Source: Chrysomallon squamiferum
Taxonomy: Eukaryota > Animalia > Mollusca
Length of the DNA: 64,000 nt
Reading direction: 5' to 3'
Assembly: GCA_012295275.1 (NCBI GenBank)
Contig: CM022674.1
Span: 5,084,001 to 5,148,000 of the forward strand
The notes under the pieces are model-generated. The model saw only the letters and a program-made list of their open reading frames with translations, searched no databases and had not been told where the DNA came from. Position numbers and translations under genes: made by a program. This document shows positions 29,995 to 44,794 of the stretch, piece by piece; the first letter of the stretch is position 1; each line of letters starts with the position of its first letter.

Positions 29995-30386
29995 TTACTC
30001 TTGCTGCTGAGAAATATTGATAATAGTCTATATATATATATATATATATGGAAATGAATGAAGGCGTGTATAAATGATAGAACACCATTTGTTTTAATAG
30101 CATTTATAAATATTTTCGTATCTTCATTGTAAATGAATGAGAAATATTTACTAATAACGATTTTTACAGCGAATATGATTTTCAGTTCCATTACATCCAT
30201 AGAGAACTTTAACATTGAAAGTACATTCAGTTCCAACAAATTTTGTGTTTTGTGTAATGTTTCCAACAAACCATAACTGTGCCTAGAAATTGTCTCCTTG
30301 TACCAACATTTAAATATCTGCCATTTCCCCACCTTAGTTAAGAGATTAAATTGTATTTTCGTTGATACAAAGAAGTGGTCTAAATT

Positions 30387-31871
30387 TACTGAACAGGACT
30401 GTAAAACACTGCAAATTGATAACAAATTTTGAAAATTGGCACTGAAAAGATTCGGTGAGTAAGTGCTGAATACCTCACAGACCATGCACGATGTTGAATA
30501 ATTTACAAAAAAGACTGCACCAACACATTTCGTGAAGCACAGCATCCAAATCAGGAACTGAATGTGCAGATCTTGCTGGTTGGTGTGCTGTGATGGATAG
30601 TCTCTGAATAGCCACTTTTATTTGTCAGTTAGTTCTCGAGGAAGTGTTAAATAAGTGTTGACATCTGGGGCTTTTCAAGTAGAGTCATCACACAGTGGTT
30701 TGGATGCTATCATTCAAGAATTAATTTACTATACAAGATATACCAGCAGACAAGAGACACCAGCAGACAAGATATATCAGTAGACAAGATATACCAACAG
30801 ACAAGATATACCAACAGACAAGATATACCAGCAGACGAGATATCATCAAACAAGAGATATCATCAGACAAGATATATACCAGCAGCATGTTACAACACCA
30901 CTAAAAGACAGTCATGTTATCTGTTTCAATATTCATGATCTGCCAGCTGCCTGAACTGCACCAGCTGTTCAAGGTTTATGAGGGCTAGCTTGTCCATGCT
31001 GCTATCTTCACTTTGATGAGCTAAGGATTCTGTGATCATGTCCTGGACCCTGACTGACTGACATTGAAATGAACAATGACATTGGATAGGAAGGTACAGT
31101 GTTGGCACAGTGTGCTGTTCTCTGACAAATCCCTGGCTGGTTGCATGTGTGGCATAGTGCAGAGGAAGTTACTAACACAATGACTGTCTCGTATACACAT
31201 ACACACACTGATGCAGTGGAGAGAGTGTAATGGTGTGGAGTGGGATAAGTTGTCATCACCAAGCATCATTTGCTACTGGGAGAGTTTTCAACTAGTGATA
31301 TTCCCATATCTTTAGCATCAGGACATACACACATTTCAGCAAGACCAAACTGGAATGCGCACACAGTATCTAGCCGTCAGTAATGTCCTTTGAGTTGAAT
31401 AGTCGTCACTCTCCTTCGGTTTATCGCCAGTGGAGTTTCTCTGGGATGCTTTGAACCGCTTTGTCCACATAGCAGTAACTATCTGCACATGAACAACATT
31501 CTAGATAACTGAAAAGTCCTACTGCAGGAGTTTAATGCTGTCCCTGCATACTGTTATTCACAGAACAGTCTGTGAGAAGACATTGCATAGCTTGTGTTGC
31601 TGCTGATGGTCACTCGTGTTACTACTGACGTTTCATTGCGTTTTTCATATGCAGATGAATTAAAACTAGTCAGTGATTGCAACTTTTCTTTTTCATAAAT
31701 CTTTTGTCATTATCAATCATCTGCCTGTTGATGTTCACAACAAAAATATTTATTCATTATTGGTTAGGTTTTTTTTTTGTGGGGCTTTTTAAATTTTATT
31801 TACTATTTTTAAAAATATTTTTTTTTGAAATTAAATATTTTTTGGTGGTATGTTTTCAGTGCTGTTCAGTA
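30387..31871 (+). mobile_element. Decayed Tc1-family DNA transposon (~1.5 kb)
   Basis: Terminal inverted repeats TACTGAACAGGACTGTAAAACA (30387) and TGTTTTCAGTGCTGTTCAGTA (ends 31871, followed by TA). Broken transposase motifs in order: WHSVLFSDKS (31103), GESVMVWSGIS (31218), FQQD (31334), LSPVEFLWDAL (31421), RRHCIACVAADGHSCYY-stop (31628). Many stops and frameshifts. Confidence 0.85.
30733..30885. repeat. ~17-bp tandem repeat (ACAAGATATACCAGCAG) inside the Tc1 transposase relic
   Basis: About 9 visible degenerate units. Confidence 0.85.
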
Positions 31872-32685
31872 TATATTCTGCATACTTCCATATTAGAAGT
31901 GTTTTGCCATCCAGTGTTAGTTAATAATGAAGTATAATAACAAACAAAAAAAAACACCCAAAAAACAAAAAAGTTAAATATCCACTTGTTCTTTTTTTTC
32001 TGTAACTATGACTTCAGTTTTTGCATCCCTCTTCTAGAAAAATAGAAATATCTGTTATTCTCCATGAATAGTGACGTCATAGCTCCATTTTAGAAGGAAT
32101 AAAATGTGTTCAGATGTTTTTAACCAATATTATTTTTGAAAGGGCAGTTATTTTTGTATAATCTTGACAGTATATTGCATATCCTCTGAAAACACAGTTC
32201 ATGGAACTCTAATTAGATTAGTATAAAAACTATATATATAAAATTTAAATAAACATGATTATAAAGTTTACAAACGTATTATCCATCAGTAGCAACATTT
32301 GTGTTTTTTTGTTTGTTTTTTTATCATTTTGTTCGTCATATAGGGTAGAATGTATTGATGGTGTGAAGTTCCAGTTTCAAAGTATAAATGAGTTTTAAAT
32401 GTTTCTAATAAATGTGTGATGTTTGATTTATAGCTGTACCTCAGATTTTTTTTTTTTTTTTTTTTTTAGCATGTTTGAAGTGATTTGTGAATCACACTTC
32501 TCGTTGACAATAATTTTATAAATTTAAAATTAGGATTACTGTTGAATGTGCCAAGCATGAAGGGACGGTTGCGACATAACCTGTTAGTCTATAGCTGCAA
32601 AATACCAAATGAAATGGAACTGGTATTTTTAATTTAATTCTTTTTTTTTTTTTTACCCCTTTTTCAAGTGTTTGTATTTTGTATT

Positions 32686-32716
<31 letters not shown>

Positions 32717-33360
32717 AATGTAAAATTCTTTATATTTTAGTTTTGTCAGTTGTATCAGTGACATAATGGAATATCCTAAAAGTTTGAAGCTTTTAAACCT
32801 TTCCCAAATATTTAAAATAATCCGAATCAGTTTTGTGCTTATGAGCAAATTTTGATATTCTGTACCCTCTGATTATTATCATTATCATTATTGTTGTTAT
32901 CATCATCATCATCTTCTTCTTCTTCTTCTTCTTTCTTTTTTTGTTTATCCTGTTAGAAGAAGTTAGAGAAAGAAGAAGAAATTACATGTGCCTTTTTTTC
33001 TTCTTTTCTTTTTTCAGTTTGTTTTAAAAGACACTAAAATAGTGCTGATTATAAATACAAGAGTGACCTAATCATGCTTCAACCACACACATAATTCTGC
33101 TTTGAAATGTTTGTGAAAAGTTATTTTCATCTTTCATGTTAGAAGTAAAAAAAAAAAACATAAATTACAATACCCTCCCCCCCCACACACACACACAAAC
33201 ATCTATTCACAAATTTTAAAAATTATTATTTATTTATATTTATATATATATTTTTTTTATTATATTTGTTTATTTTTAATTTCATTACTCTTTCTATTTT
33301 TATTTTTATTTTTATTTTATTTTTTTATTTTTTTATTTTTAAATATTTATTATTTTTAAT

Positions 33361-33395
<35 letters not shown>

Positions 33396-33655
33396 GTTAA
33401 TATGCTATTTTATTTTTGTTATTATTTTTTTTAAACATTTATTATTTTTTGATAAAGAATGAAGGAACATTTAAAAAGAATCAGACAGAAAAAAACAAAC
33501 AAAAAAACCCCAACATATCCAGTGTTTCACAAGATTTTCTCTCCAGTTTTTTTATATCCATTTAACTTCTCTTTCAAAATTCAAAGATTCAGGTTTTTGA
33601 CCTACTGTAAATATAGCTGGTTTTAACTACTATTACTACTACTACTGCTACGATG

Positions 33656-33700
<45 letters not shown>

Positions 33701-33719
33701 GCTGCTGCTGTTGCAGCTG

Positions 33720-34238
33720 CTGCAGCTGCTTCTATATATTTTTTATAATTTTGGTGACTGCAGCTGCCACTAACCTATAAAAGAGGTTAATTGTTTCAAA
33801 GATTCCGGTCATGAGTTGAGAAATTTATTACATAATTTGATTTTTAAGTATTTATTAGTGTGGTTATTTCAGTATTTATCTGGGTGTGTTTGTGTATGAG
33901 TGTGAGAGAGTGTGTGTGTGTGTGTGGATATGTGTTTCAGATTTTTAAGATAGTTTGATGTTATTCTTTAAAATTCATTTTATTACTATTTAAAAACTAC
34001 TACTACTACTGCTATTGCTTCTATAATTTTTATTAGTATAACTACTAATACTGTTACTACTGTTCCTACTTCTACAGGGTTTCCAATTTTTATAATTCTG
34101 ACAACTGCAGCTGCCAGTAACCTATGAATAAGGTTAATTGTTTCAAAGATTTTGGTCATCAGTTGAGAATATTGTCATGTAAACTGATTTATAATTAATT
34201 ATTAACATATGTTATTTCAGTATGCATCTGGGTGTGCT

Positions 34239-34285
<47 letters not shown>

Positions 34286-35760
34286 CATATTTTAATATAA
34301 TTCGATGTTATTCTTTAAAATTTGTTTTACTGCTATTTTACTACTACTACTACTATTACTGCTGCTGCTACTGCTAAAGCTTCTACAATTTTTATTAGTA
34401 TAACTAATAATACTATTATTACTGTTCCTACTTCTACATGGTTTCCAATTTTTATAATTTTGACAACTACAGCTGCCAGTAACCTATGAACGAGGTTAAT
34501 TGTTTCAAAGATTTCGGTCATCAGTTGAGAATATTGTCATGTAAACTGATTTATAATTATTTATTAATATATGTTATTTCAATATGTATCGGGGTGTGTG
34601 TGTGTGTGTGTGTGTTTCAGATTTTAAGATAATTTGATGTTATTCTTTAAAATTTAATTTATTACTATTTTACTACTACTACTACTGCTACTGCTTTTAC
34701 AGTTTTTATTAGTATAACTACTAATACTGTTCCTACTTCTACGATGTTTCCAATTTTTATAATTTTGACAACTAGAGCTGCCAGTAACCTATGAACGAGG
34801 TTAATTGTTTCAAAAGATTTCGGTCATCAGTAGAGAATATTGTTATGTAAACTGATTTATAATTATTTATTAATATATGTTATTTCAATATGTATCTGGG
34901 TGTGCTTGTTAGTGTGTGTGTGTGTGTTTCAGATTTTAATATAATTCGATGTTATTCTTTAACATTTGTTTTACTACTATTTGACTACTACTACTACTAC
35001 TGCTACTGCTTCTATAATTTTTATTAGTATAACTACTAATGCTATTATTACTGTTCCTACTTCTACAGCATTTCCAATTTTTATAATTTTGACAACTACA
35101 GCTGCCAGTAACCTATGAACGAGGTTAATTGTTTCAAAGATTTCGGTCATCAGTTGAGAATATTGTCATGTAAACTGATTTATAATTATTTATTAACATA
35201 TGTTATTTCAATATGTATCGGGGTGTGTGTGTGTGTGTGTGTGTTTCAGATTTTAAGATAATTTGATGTTATTCTTTAAAATTTGTTTTATTACTATTTT
35301 ACTACTACTACTACTGCTACTGCTTTTACAGTTTTTATTAGTATAACTACTAATACTGATGATGTTTCCAATTTTTATAATTTTGACAACTAGAGCTGCC
35401 AGTAACCTATGAACGAGGTTAATTGTTTCAAAAGATTTCGGTCATCAGTAGAGAATATTGTTATGTAAACTGATTTATAATTAATTATTAATATATGTTA
35501 TTTCAATATGTATCTGGGTGTGCTTGTTTGTGTGTGTGTGTGTGTGTGTTTCAGATTTTAATATAATTCGATGTTATTCTTTAACATTTGTTTTACTACT
35601 ATTTGACTACTACTACTACTACTACTACTACTGCTTCTGCTTCTGCAATTTTTATAAGTATAACTACTATTATTACTATATATATCTGTGTGTGTGTGTG
35701 TGTTTCATAAGTTTAATCCAATTTGACGAGAAACTTTAAGATTTGTTTTTCTACTACTAT
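33720..35760. repeat. ~300-360-bp tandem array (6 cores) with embedded (TG)n and (TAC)n
   Basis: Core GCTGCCAGTAACCTATGAACGAGGTTAATTGTTTCAAAGATTTCGGTCATCAG at ~33762, 34110, 34472, 34777, 35101 and 35395. Confidence 0.95.
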
Positions 35761-37117
35761 TTTATTACTGCTGCTACTACTACTACTACTACTACTACTA
35801 TTACTACTACTACTAGTGCTATTGATAGGCATTATTAACTACTATGAGCACTAATAATAATAATATTTATTTTTATTTTCAAACTTTGTCAACTGGTATC
35901 CTGGATACAGATTCTGTACGTCAGTGTGATAATATATAATTGTAATACTTTTCTACTTCCCATAACCCAGCATACTGTGGAAGACGACAGTCCGAAAAAA
36001 AACACTATTGGTCTTTTTGATAGCCAATTTGTAAAGTTTGAAACAGGTACAAATTTAATATTTAAATTACCTTCAATTAATTGACTTACGACTAATGTTG
36101 AACAATTCGCTTTCAATTTTATTAGAATGTTGTCGCAATTTTGAAAAGAAAAATATTTTATTAGTATTTCACTTTCTGATATGTTTTGATGATTTCATGG
36201 TATTGCAGTCCACTGTTTGTGCCATACTTCTGGTGTATGTGTTAACAGTGAAAAATGTTTTCTTTTTGTTTTGTTAAAATACGTTTTTTTAAAATTTTTA
36301 TTTTGCATTTCAAGAAATGTTTAATTGTTCTTTCGCTGTTTCTCGTGATTTCTAGAACTATTTGTTTTGCACTTTGTATATTTTGTTTTGTTACATTTCT
36401 GTATGGAGTTGTGTTGATTATCAACTGCCTAGTTTGGAAATTTGAAAATACAATAATTTGGTGGGTTTTTTTTTCAGTTACTTATTTCAATGTATGTGTT
36501 TTCAGGATTGTGTGTATCGTCTACTTCAGCTGTTTTCTTTTTTCTTTCTCGTATCATTAATGACATGTGTTTTCTTATATGAATGTCAGATTCCTTGGAT
36601 TTGTGTCTTTTGTTATTACTTTTTTTATTTATTTAGTTTATAAAATACGAAACAGCATCTGTTTCTTGTTCATCGGATATACGGTGAATCTTTAAAATTT
36701 GAACACCACAAAATATGAACTGTTTCACTTCATCTGTATTTCTTTCAGTTTTTTTAAATTAATAATTATAATAATTTACTTTTTATTTTTCTAAATGTCT
36801 TTTTAACTTTATATTAAATTTTGTTTTAATATCATGTCACTTTGTATTAGGATTGTTTCAGAACCATTTAGTCCTGTCTTCTTTTTTTTTTTTTTTTTTT
36901 TTCATTCTTTATTATTTTAAGAAATTTCCAAAATGTTGACAGTAATGATAAAGAAAATCATTTGTCGTTAATTTGTTTAAATGTATTTTTTTTATTTTAC
37001 TATTAATATTTTTTAAAATTTATAATTTCTCTTTTTGTCGCGTATTTCCATTATTTTTACTTTTTTCAATCAAGTGTATTTTAATAAGTTTTCATATTAT
37101 TTTTTGTTTACAATTTT

Positions 37118-37149
<32 letters not shown>

Positions 37150-38757
37150 CAAGAGAAATAAATGACATTCTAAGAATGTTTCTGGATGTGATGAATGTTA
37201 TTAATTTAATTTCTTTCACTGGGTTCCTTATTTCCATGACAACGAAAGAAAGCCTGCTAAATGGTTACTGAATTTTGCTGTGACTGTGATTTTTGTTCTC
37301 ATTGCTGATAGGATATGCATATTTTTAATTCATCCACTCCCTTGTGTACCCGATATTATTTTCAAAAGTTAGGTGACATAAAAGGGTAAGACATATGACT
37401 CTTATGGCTGTTAAGGGTTGAGATAGCTTTAAACTGGTGTATTTTCAGCATGTGCAGAGCATCTTTCAATAAAAAATATCTAGATTTGTTCTTTACAAAA
37501 TGTATGTTAACGAATCATATTAAATATTGTGTAACGCATGGATTCCTGAACATCTCTCTTGCGTAAACTGTACGAGGCCAGCGAAAAAGTGATAATGTCA
37601 CAGCGCACACATTAGCACACATTAGGACACGTGTAGACACACGTGAAAAGCAGTACACAGACAAAGCATTGTGTGTTTTTTCATTACACGGCAACTATTC
37701 CTGTTTCTGTTTCTAACCTCCTGAAACGCAAAACACCCACCCAAGGCTGTGGTTTTGAAATATCTTCTTCTTTTATTTTTTTATTTATTTATTTTTTTTA
37801 AATTGTTATGAAGGAAATAGCAAACCATTTGTTGTAGTTTTTCTCTCTCTCTTTTTTTTTTGATCTATATTTTATGTATTTTTTTTTTTTCCCATGCACT
37901 TTTTATGTAATTTTTATTTTTACATTATTATTATTGAATTATTTATATTTTGTTAATATTATTGTTATTATTTTTATTTTATTTTATATGTGTGTTTTTA
38001 TATATATATATATATATTATATAGTTTAAAGTTAACTGGAATTGATTGGTTTTTAAAATCTTTGTATTCTTTGTCTTTCTCATTTTTCCCTCTTTCTTTC
38101 TTTCTTTCTTTCTTTCTTTTTGCGAATATTATTTATTTGTCTTTTTTTATCCTGATTGTTTTTTGTTATAACAAAAAAACTAAATAAAAAAAAAACCTTT
38201 TAGTTCTGTTGTAATTTTGAAAGTTTATAATGGGAGACAACTCAGTGCATTTTTTTTTTTTTTTTTTTTTTATTTTTTTTTTTCTTTTTGCATAAACAAA
38301 ACATTTGTAATGTTCTATATTTATTTTGTTAATGATTATATCCATAAAATATTTTTATATTTAGAATATTGTTATTTCTCAAATTGCATTAATGAATCAC
38401 ATTTCTTTTTCAATTTTTTTTTTTCTTTCTTTTTTCTCATTATTATTATTTTTTTTTTTTAAATATATTTTTGAAAACTGCTTTGGGTATTGAATGTTAA
38501 ATATTAAATATTTCTGGAAACTTTTGCCTAGTAGAAATGAATTTCAACAAAGTTTATGAAATGTATTGAAATATTTATAGACTTATGAATATTCATGTTT
38601 TATGTTACTTGCCATCTCGCCAAAGTTGCGGTTGCCCTTAGCAACCATCAAAACCAATATTCAAAAATATATTTTGCATATATGTAAACAGGATATATGC
38701 GTGGTTATGAAGTTTCCCTTATGAAGTTTCACTTATTTGTTTGTAATTGGTTCTTTT

Positions 38758-38788
<31 letters not shown>

Positions 38789-38919
38789 ATTTATATTTAT
38801 TTTATTTCAGTGTTTTCTTTATACAAAAAAAAATATATATATATTTATTTATTTATTTGTTTATTCATTATTCTTCCATTTATGTTTTCAAAATAATTAA
38901 CATTAATTACCAAATTGAC

Positions 38920-38953
<34 letters not shown>

Positions 38954-39282
38954 GATTTTAAATGAGTAGTGAATTTATATTTTTAAATACAAGCCCAATT
39001 AATTTATGTATATGTTTAGTAAAATTAATAGCAGTAGTGATAAAATACTAGCAGAAGTACTAATGTTAATAAAATGATAGCAGTGGTGGTGGTAATAGTA
39101 GTAGTAATAGTAGTAGTAATAGTAGTGGTATTGGTGGTATTAGTAGTAGTTGTGGTAACATTGACAGTAATTGTATTAACACTGACAATACACTGTAGTT
39201 GTAGAGGTGGTAGTCATAATAGTATTAGTACTAGCAGCATTAGTAGTAGTAGTAGTAGTAGAAGCAAAAGTTGTAGTAGTAA

Positions 39283-39314
<32 letters not shown>

Positions 39315-39318
39315 TTGA

Positions 39319-39636
39319 TACTGGACCAATTATCTGGTGTCCTGAAATCCAGAAAGACCAGAAAAGCAGAAGTTTTTTCCCAAGACGCTATTTTCATAGT
39401 TCATGCATGCGGCTGTTGTCCTGACCAGACTGGAACTACTCGTTCAAGCCACATGGCGTTCATTCACTCGCCACATTGTTTACGTGCTGAGTCGCCACAT
39501 TTTCTTCTTTTTTTTAAATTTTAAATGTTTATGCCTAATTATTTACATATTTAGATGCATTGGTATCAGAAAACCAGGAAAATCCAGAAATCTGGAATTC
39601 CTCAGGCCCCCAGGAATCCAGATAATTGGTCCAGTA
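39319..39636. mobile_element. Non-autonomous MITE (Tc1/pogo-type ends) inserted in a (TAG)n microsatellite
   Basis: Perfect 19-bp inverted termini TACTGGACCAATTATCTGG (39319..39337) and CCAGATAATTGGTCCAGTA (39618..39636); no coding capacity. Confidence 0.85.
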
Positions 39637-40999
39637 CCTGTAGTTGTAGTAGTAGTAGTAGTAGGAGGAGGAGCCAGGAGCTGATTTTCTAGAAGGATAC
39701 TGTAGGCAAATGGTTTTATAAGTGCACTCCCTATGGTTTTTTTTATGTTATTATTATTGTCATCATAATTCATCCCAGACAATTTTCCAGATGGATGTCT
39801 ATCACTTATTAGACATCTTTTTGAAAAATCAGTTTGCCAGTTACAACAATAATATTACCTGGGATACAGATGGCAACCAGCATCTACGTATTGTAATTAA
39901 CGTCATTTAATGCATTTTAGAATGATGTTTTTTTTTTTTGTTTTTTTTTTAGGATTTTTATAAAAAAGCTAACATCATTTAATTTGAAATTATAAAGACG
40001 AGTAAGGGACTTAAACGATACCTACATGTTTTTGTTGCAACAGTGGTGAGTATTAAAAAAGAACCAAGTAATGTCAATTATAATATAATTGTAATTCCTT
40101 TATAATGTTACAGATCACTGTATGTGTGCATGTGAAGAGGTTTGATTCTTTAATTTTCTTAGGACACAGCAAATGTTGCCAATGTTTTGTTTTAAAAAAA
40201 AAAAATTTTTAAGACCTTCAAGGCATATTGAATAGGCACCAAAGGGAACATTTCCTTCAAAGTAATGTCACCAACGAAGCTTTATTTTGATAATGTTTTC
40301 ACGGAAGTCATTCAGTTTGCTGCAGTTTGTGGTCAAAAACTAATCAGAACTAAATTTATTTTGAATCAGTCATATCTTTAAAAAAAAAAAAAAAAAAACA
40401 TTTGAACTTTTAGTGGCCCACGAGCAAGAAGTATTTTTTTCTGTTTAATCTTGCCATTGTGTTTTGAAAGTTAAGCGATACCTCCTTAACATAATGTCCA
40501 TTCCATGAAGTAAGGTACGATTATGCGTAAATGCTACCTGAACCAGTTGAGAATTCGTCTGTTCACTGGAGTTGTAACAAAAACCACCCGAGAAATATGT
40601 GTTTACTGTTTTTATTCAACAAAATATATATATATATATATAAATATGTACATTCATCATCATACATCAATCACTTTTTATAGCCAACTGTTTGTATATT
40701 ATCAATAATGGCTAGTCACTAGACAAGGTTGTTCTGATTAACATACACATTAAACGTTCTGCTGCAAAACGTAATGTTTCATTTTTTATTGTTAATTGTT
40801 GTCCTGCATTGCCCTTTTTTTATGCATTTTTTTGCTTATTTTTATATCTACCTACCCATACTAATATGTGCTGTCGGATACAGAGACAGATCTAAGGGTG
40901 GGTTGTTCATCTCCACCACTTTATTGCTGCTGCTTTTTTTTTTTTTTTCGTTTTTGAATTCAACTGTAAATTTTTGATGTATTTTATGAGTGTCATTAA

Positions 41000-41033
<34 letters not shown>

Positions 41034-42803
41034 CTTTTTAAATTCTTCTTTGTAATGTCTCACATAGAATTGTGGTTAAGACGAAAGGGTTTGAATTGAA
41101 TACCATTTGCTGCAGCAGTTTTTAAAATGTCTTGTATAGTGTCAGTTAATATGTTCAGAAAAACAAAAAAAAAAAAAAAAAAGAAGAAGAAAAAGTATGT
41201 TTGAGAGAGAAGGAAAGAAGAAAACAACAATAACCCCAAAACTACCAGGGAAGGAGAAAGATACAGAATGAAATAGGGAGGGTGGAAATATAAAAAAACA
41301 ACAGAGTGAGATATAGGGGAACAAAATACAGGGGAAGGAAAATAATGAAAGAATTAGGGAGTGAGATACAGAATGAAACTGTGAGGGGTGGAGATTTAAA
41401 AAAAGCAGCGAGGGATATACAGAAGTGAAAAAAAAAATAAGCAGGGACATTAAAAGAATTATGGGGGAGAGAGATACAGAAGGAAGTAGGTAGGGTGGAG
41501 TTCGAAAAGAATCGGGGATAGAGAGGCTGAAATAAATACATAGGGAAGATTATGCAGAAGGAACTAGTGTGAGATACATGAAAAAAAAAAGATAGGGAGT
41601 GGTGTAAGGAAAGAATTAGGAGGTAGGGATTTGCAGAAAGAACTAGGAAGGGTAGGAAATGTGGAAAGTTAGAGGGTAGCCCTCAGTGAAAATTGGTACT
41701 CCCGTAACAAGTTTTAAAACATAAATGATCCTTCTTCTCAATCTCCAGACTGTGATTTTGTACACGAACATCACCCATTTGGAATCTTTCTTCCAGTAAA
41801 GCCACGAAACTTCTTCATCATTTACTTGTTTCAGTTTCCATTTTTGATCACTTTGCTGGTGGCGTTTCCAGTATTGTCATTAAATGATGGCCTAAAATAT
41901 GCAGTGATGCTAGCATAACTGAAACTAACTGCCATTTTTAAAAATATGAATGCCTAGCTAAACCCCCAAGATAGCAACTTTACTATTGGCCTCATACCTG
42001 TAAATAATACTCTTAGCTCAGTTTAATACAGATTTTGTTTTTATCAGATTGTTCGATAAACTTAGTGTAATTTTTTTTTTTTTTTTATTTTTTTTTTTAT
42101 AAATGATATTGCACAAGTGCCATGTGTGATTGAGACCATAGAAATAATTAGCACTATTACAGTGATTAATGCCAGGAGAGTGCTTGCACATTAAAGGAGG
42201 AATTTCAATCACAGATCAACAGAGTGTCTTGATTACTCTGTAGTCCCTGGTCAGCAAGGAAGAATTAAAAAAAAAAAAAATTAAAAATTAAAAATTAAAA
42301 AGAAAGAAAAAATTAATGTCAGTGAATGTACAGAGATTTGAACTCTTTTACCCCAGGGGAAATGAAATTGAGATACAGCATGTGTTTGTTTTACACATAC
42401 TCTTGTTGTTGTCCGAAAATATTGTCAGGATTGTGTCGGTTGGTCAGATATCAACGGAATCTCTTATTTCAACCAATCGGCGACCTCTTTACAAACACGT
42501 ATGGCTCTTACATTAGGGAATTTTTAATCTTACATAAATGTGTGTGTGGCTACATACTGTACATGTGTATGTGTGTGTGTGTATGTGGTTATATATAATA
42601 TAGGTATGTATGTATGTATTTTTTTAATTATTATTATCTTATTTTAGTGATTTAAAAAAAATTAATTTGTAAATGATAGGTATGTAGGTAGTTATGTGTT
42701 TTTAAACAAAGACACAGACATACAAACATACAGAATATGTGTGTGTGTGTGTGTGTGTGTCAGTCAGTGTATGTATTTGTTTTCAGTGTGCATGAGAAAG
42801 AGT

Positions 42804-42843
<40 letters not shown>

Positions 42844-43275
42844 GAGACTGATAACAAAGAAATGAGTACACCAGCACTCAGATAAGTATTTCTGTTAACA
42901 AGTTTAAGCAGATACTGCCCCAGTTCTATAACAGATTGATGGCTGTTTTTTTTAAAACTCTTCTTTATTATTTTTTATTTCATTTAAAACAAATTTCATT
43001 GATGGAACAGGTTATTTAGTTTGATATTCAGATTTAATAGTTAAAAAAAATAATAATAAAAAAAAATGAAAAACATTAAATAATAAAATAAATAAATAAA
43101 ATACAAAATAAAAATACATAAATTTATGTATTGAAAGTTAGGTAAGTTACTATTTCCACTACCCCAAAAAAAAAATATATATACATAAATTATATAATAA
43201 AATAATCATAATAAAATTGTCATAATGAAATTATAATAATAATGATGATAATGATAAATAAATCATAAATTTAAT

Positions 43276-43314
<39 letters not shown>

Positions 43315-43754
43315 TATTTGCAGGTTGGCATTTTACTATTTTTGATTCTGATTTTCATCTTTTGGAATTTTTTTTTTTTTTTTTTTTTTTTTTTTGACAG
43401 AGTAGAAATTTATTATTGTGTATTGGGTTAGTTGTATGTTGGTGTTTCTGATACACTGGAATTTTGTATTTTTGTATTGGGATTTACAGTTATATGAATT
43501 ATATATTATTATTATTTGTTAGTTTGTACTTTTGATTTCATTTTTGTTGTTGCCTATTTTTATTACATTAAAAAAAAAAAAAAAAATTATTGTTACAAAT
43601 ATTTTCATTCAAAACATGTTTTTCTTACTTTGTATTTCCTCCTCGGGTTGGATGTCAAGGTTTGAACTTGCTATTCTGCTATTTCAGAAGGCTTAATTCT
43701 GAAACTTGTACAGTATAATTTCAAATAAAATTACAAATAAAAGGCAGAACATGG

Positions 43755-43813
<59 letters not shown>

Positions 43814-44758
43814 CGCAAATATACACATATTCACACACAAATGCACAATATATATATACATAATTGTATAAAATATATATATATATTTATATATAAATAC
43901 ATGCACATACACACACACACACTCACATACACACAAACATTACACACAATACATGTAACAACAAACAATATTTGCTATTTTTAGTGCAGATAAAGAGTGA
44001 CACTGATAGAAGAGATAAGAAAGACAACTTGTGTAATTAAGTGCTGAATATCAGTCTAAATAGATAAGTGAGTGGGTGGGTTAAAAGAGTCATATGGTGC
44101 AGTACAGTTTTAAAAAAAACAATACATCAGCACATTATGTAACACAACACATGTAACACAGTGTAAAAATAAATGTAACACAACAAGACAAGGTACAACA
44201 CAAGACAACCCAATACAACAGTACAATATAAAACAATTTGATACAACACAGAAAACTTTATCACAATACAGTGCAGCACAACACATTATTGAACAATACA
44301 ATTCAATACAATAGAAAACAGTGTAATATAATATAATATAATATTGCAACACAACATTAAAAACTATAATGTGGTAATAACACAATGTAGAACAATATAA
44401 TACTACAATATAATACAGTAATACAATACAGAACATATACTGCAGTGAAAATAAAAACAATAGTTACACAGTGCAGTGCAATAATACATACCTACACAGA
44501 TATGCATAATAATAAGTAAACACTCAGTATTCATTTTATTATTTTATCATTTTCCATGCAGTTCTCAGTATTCATTTTATTATTTTATCTTTTTCCATGC
44601 AGTTCTGTCTTGGTGAAATATTATATACTGTTCACAAATGATTTAGAAATGTACTGTATTTTACTTTTGATGATTTCATTTATAACATCATACAGTTATT
44701 AATTGTGAAAATAATTTTTATGTTACATACTTTTAAAAAATGTTGTTATTACACATGA

Positions 44759-44794
<36 letters not shown>

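Noticed and set aside
29928-30545. 205-aa minus-strand ORF
   Set aside because: No recognisable motif; it overlaps the Tc1 left end and runs into microsatellites.
41150-41680. Purine-rich stretch with recurring GAGATACAGAA
   Set aside because: It looks like a decayed simple repeat, with no support for a function.
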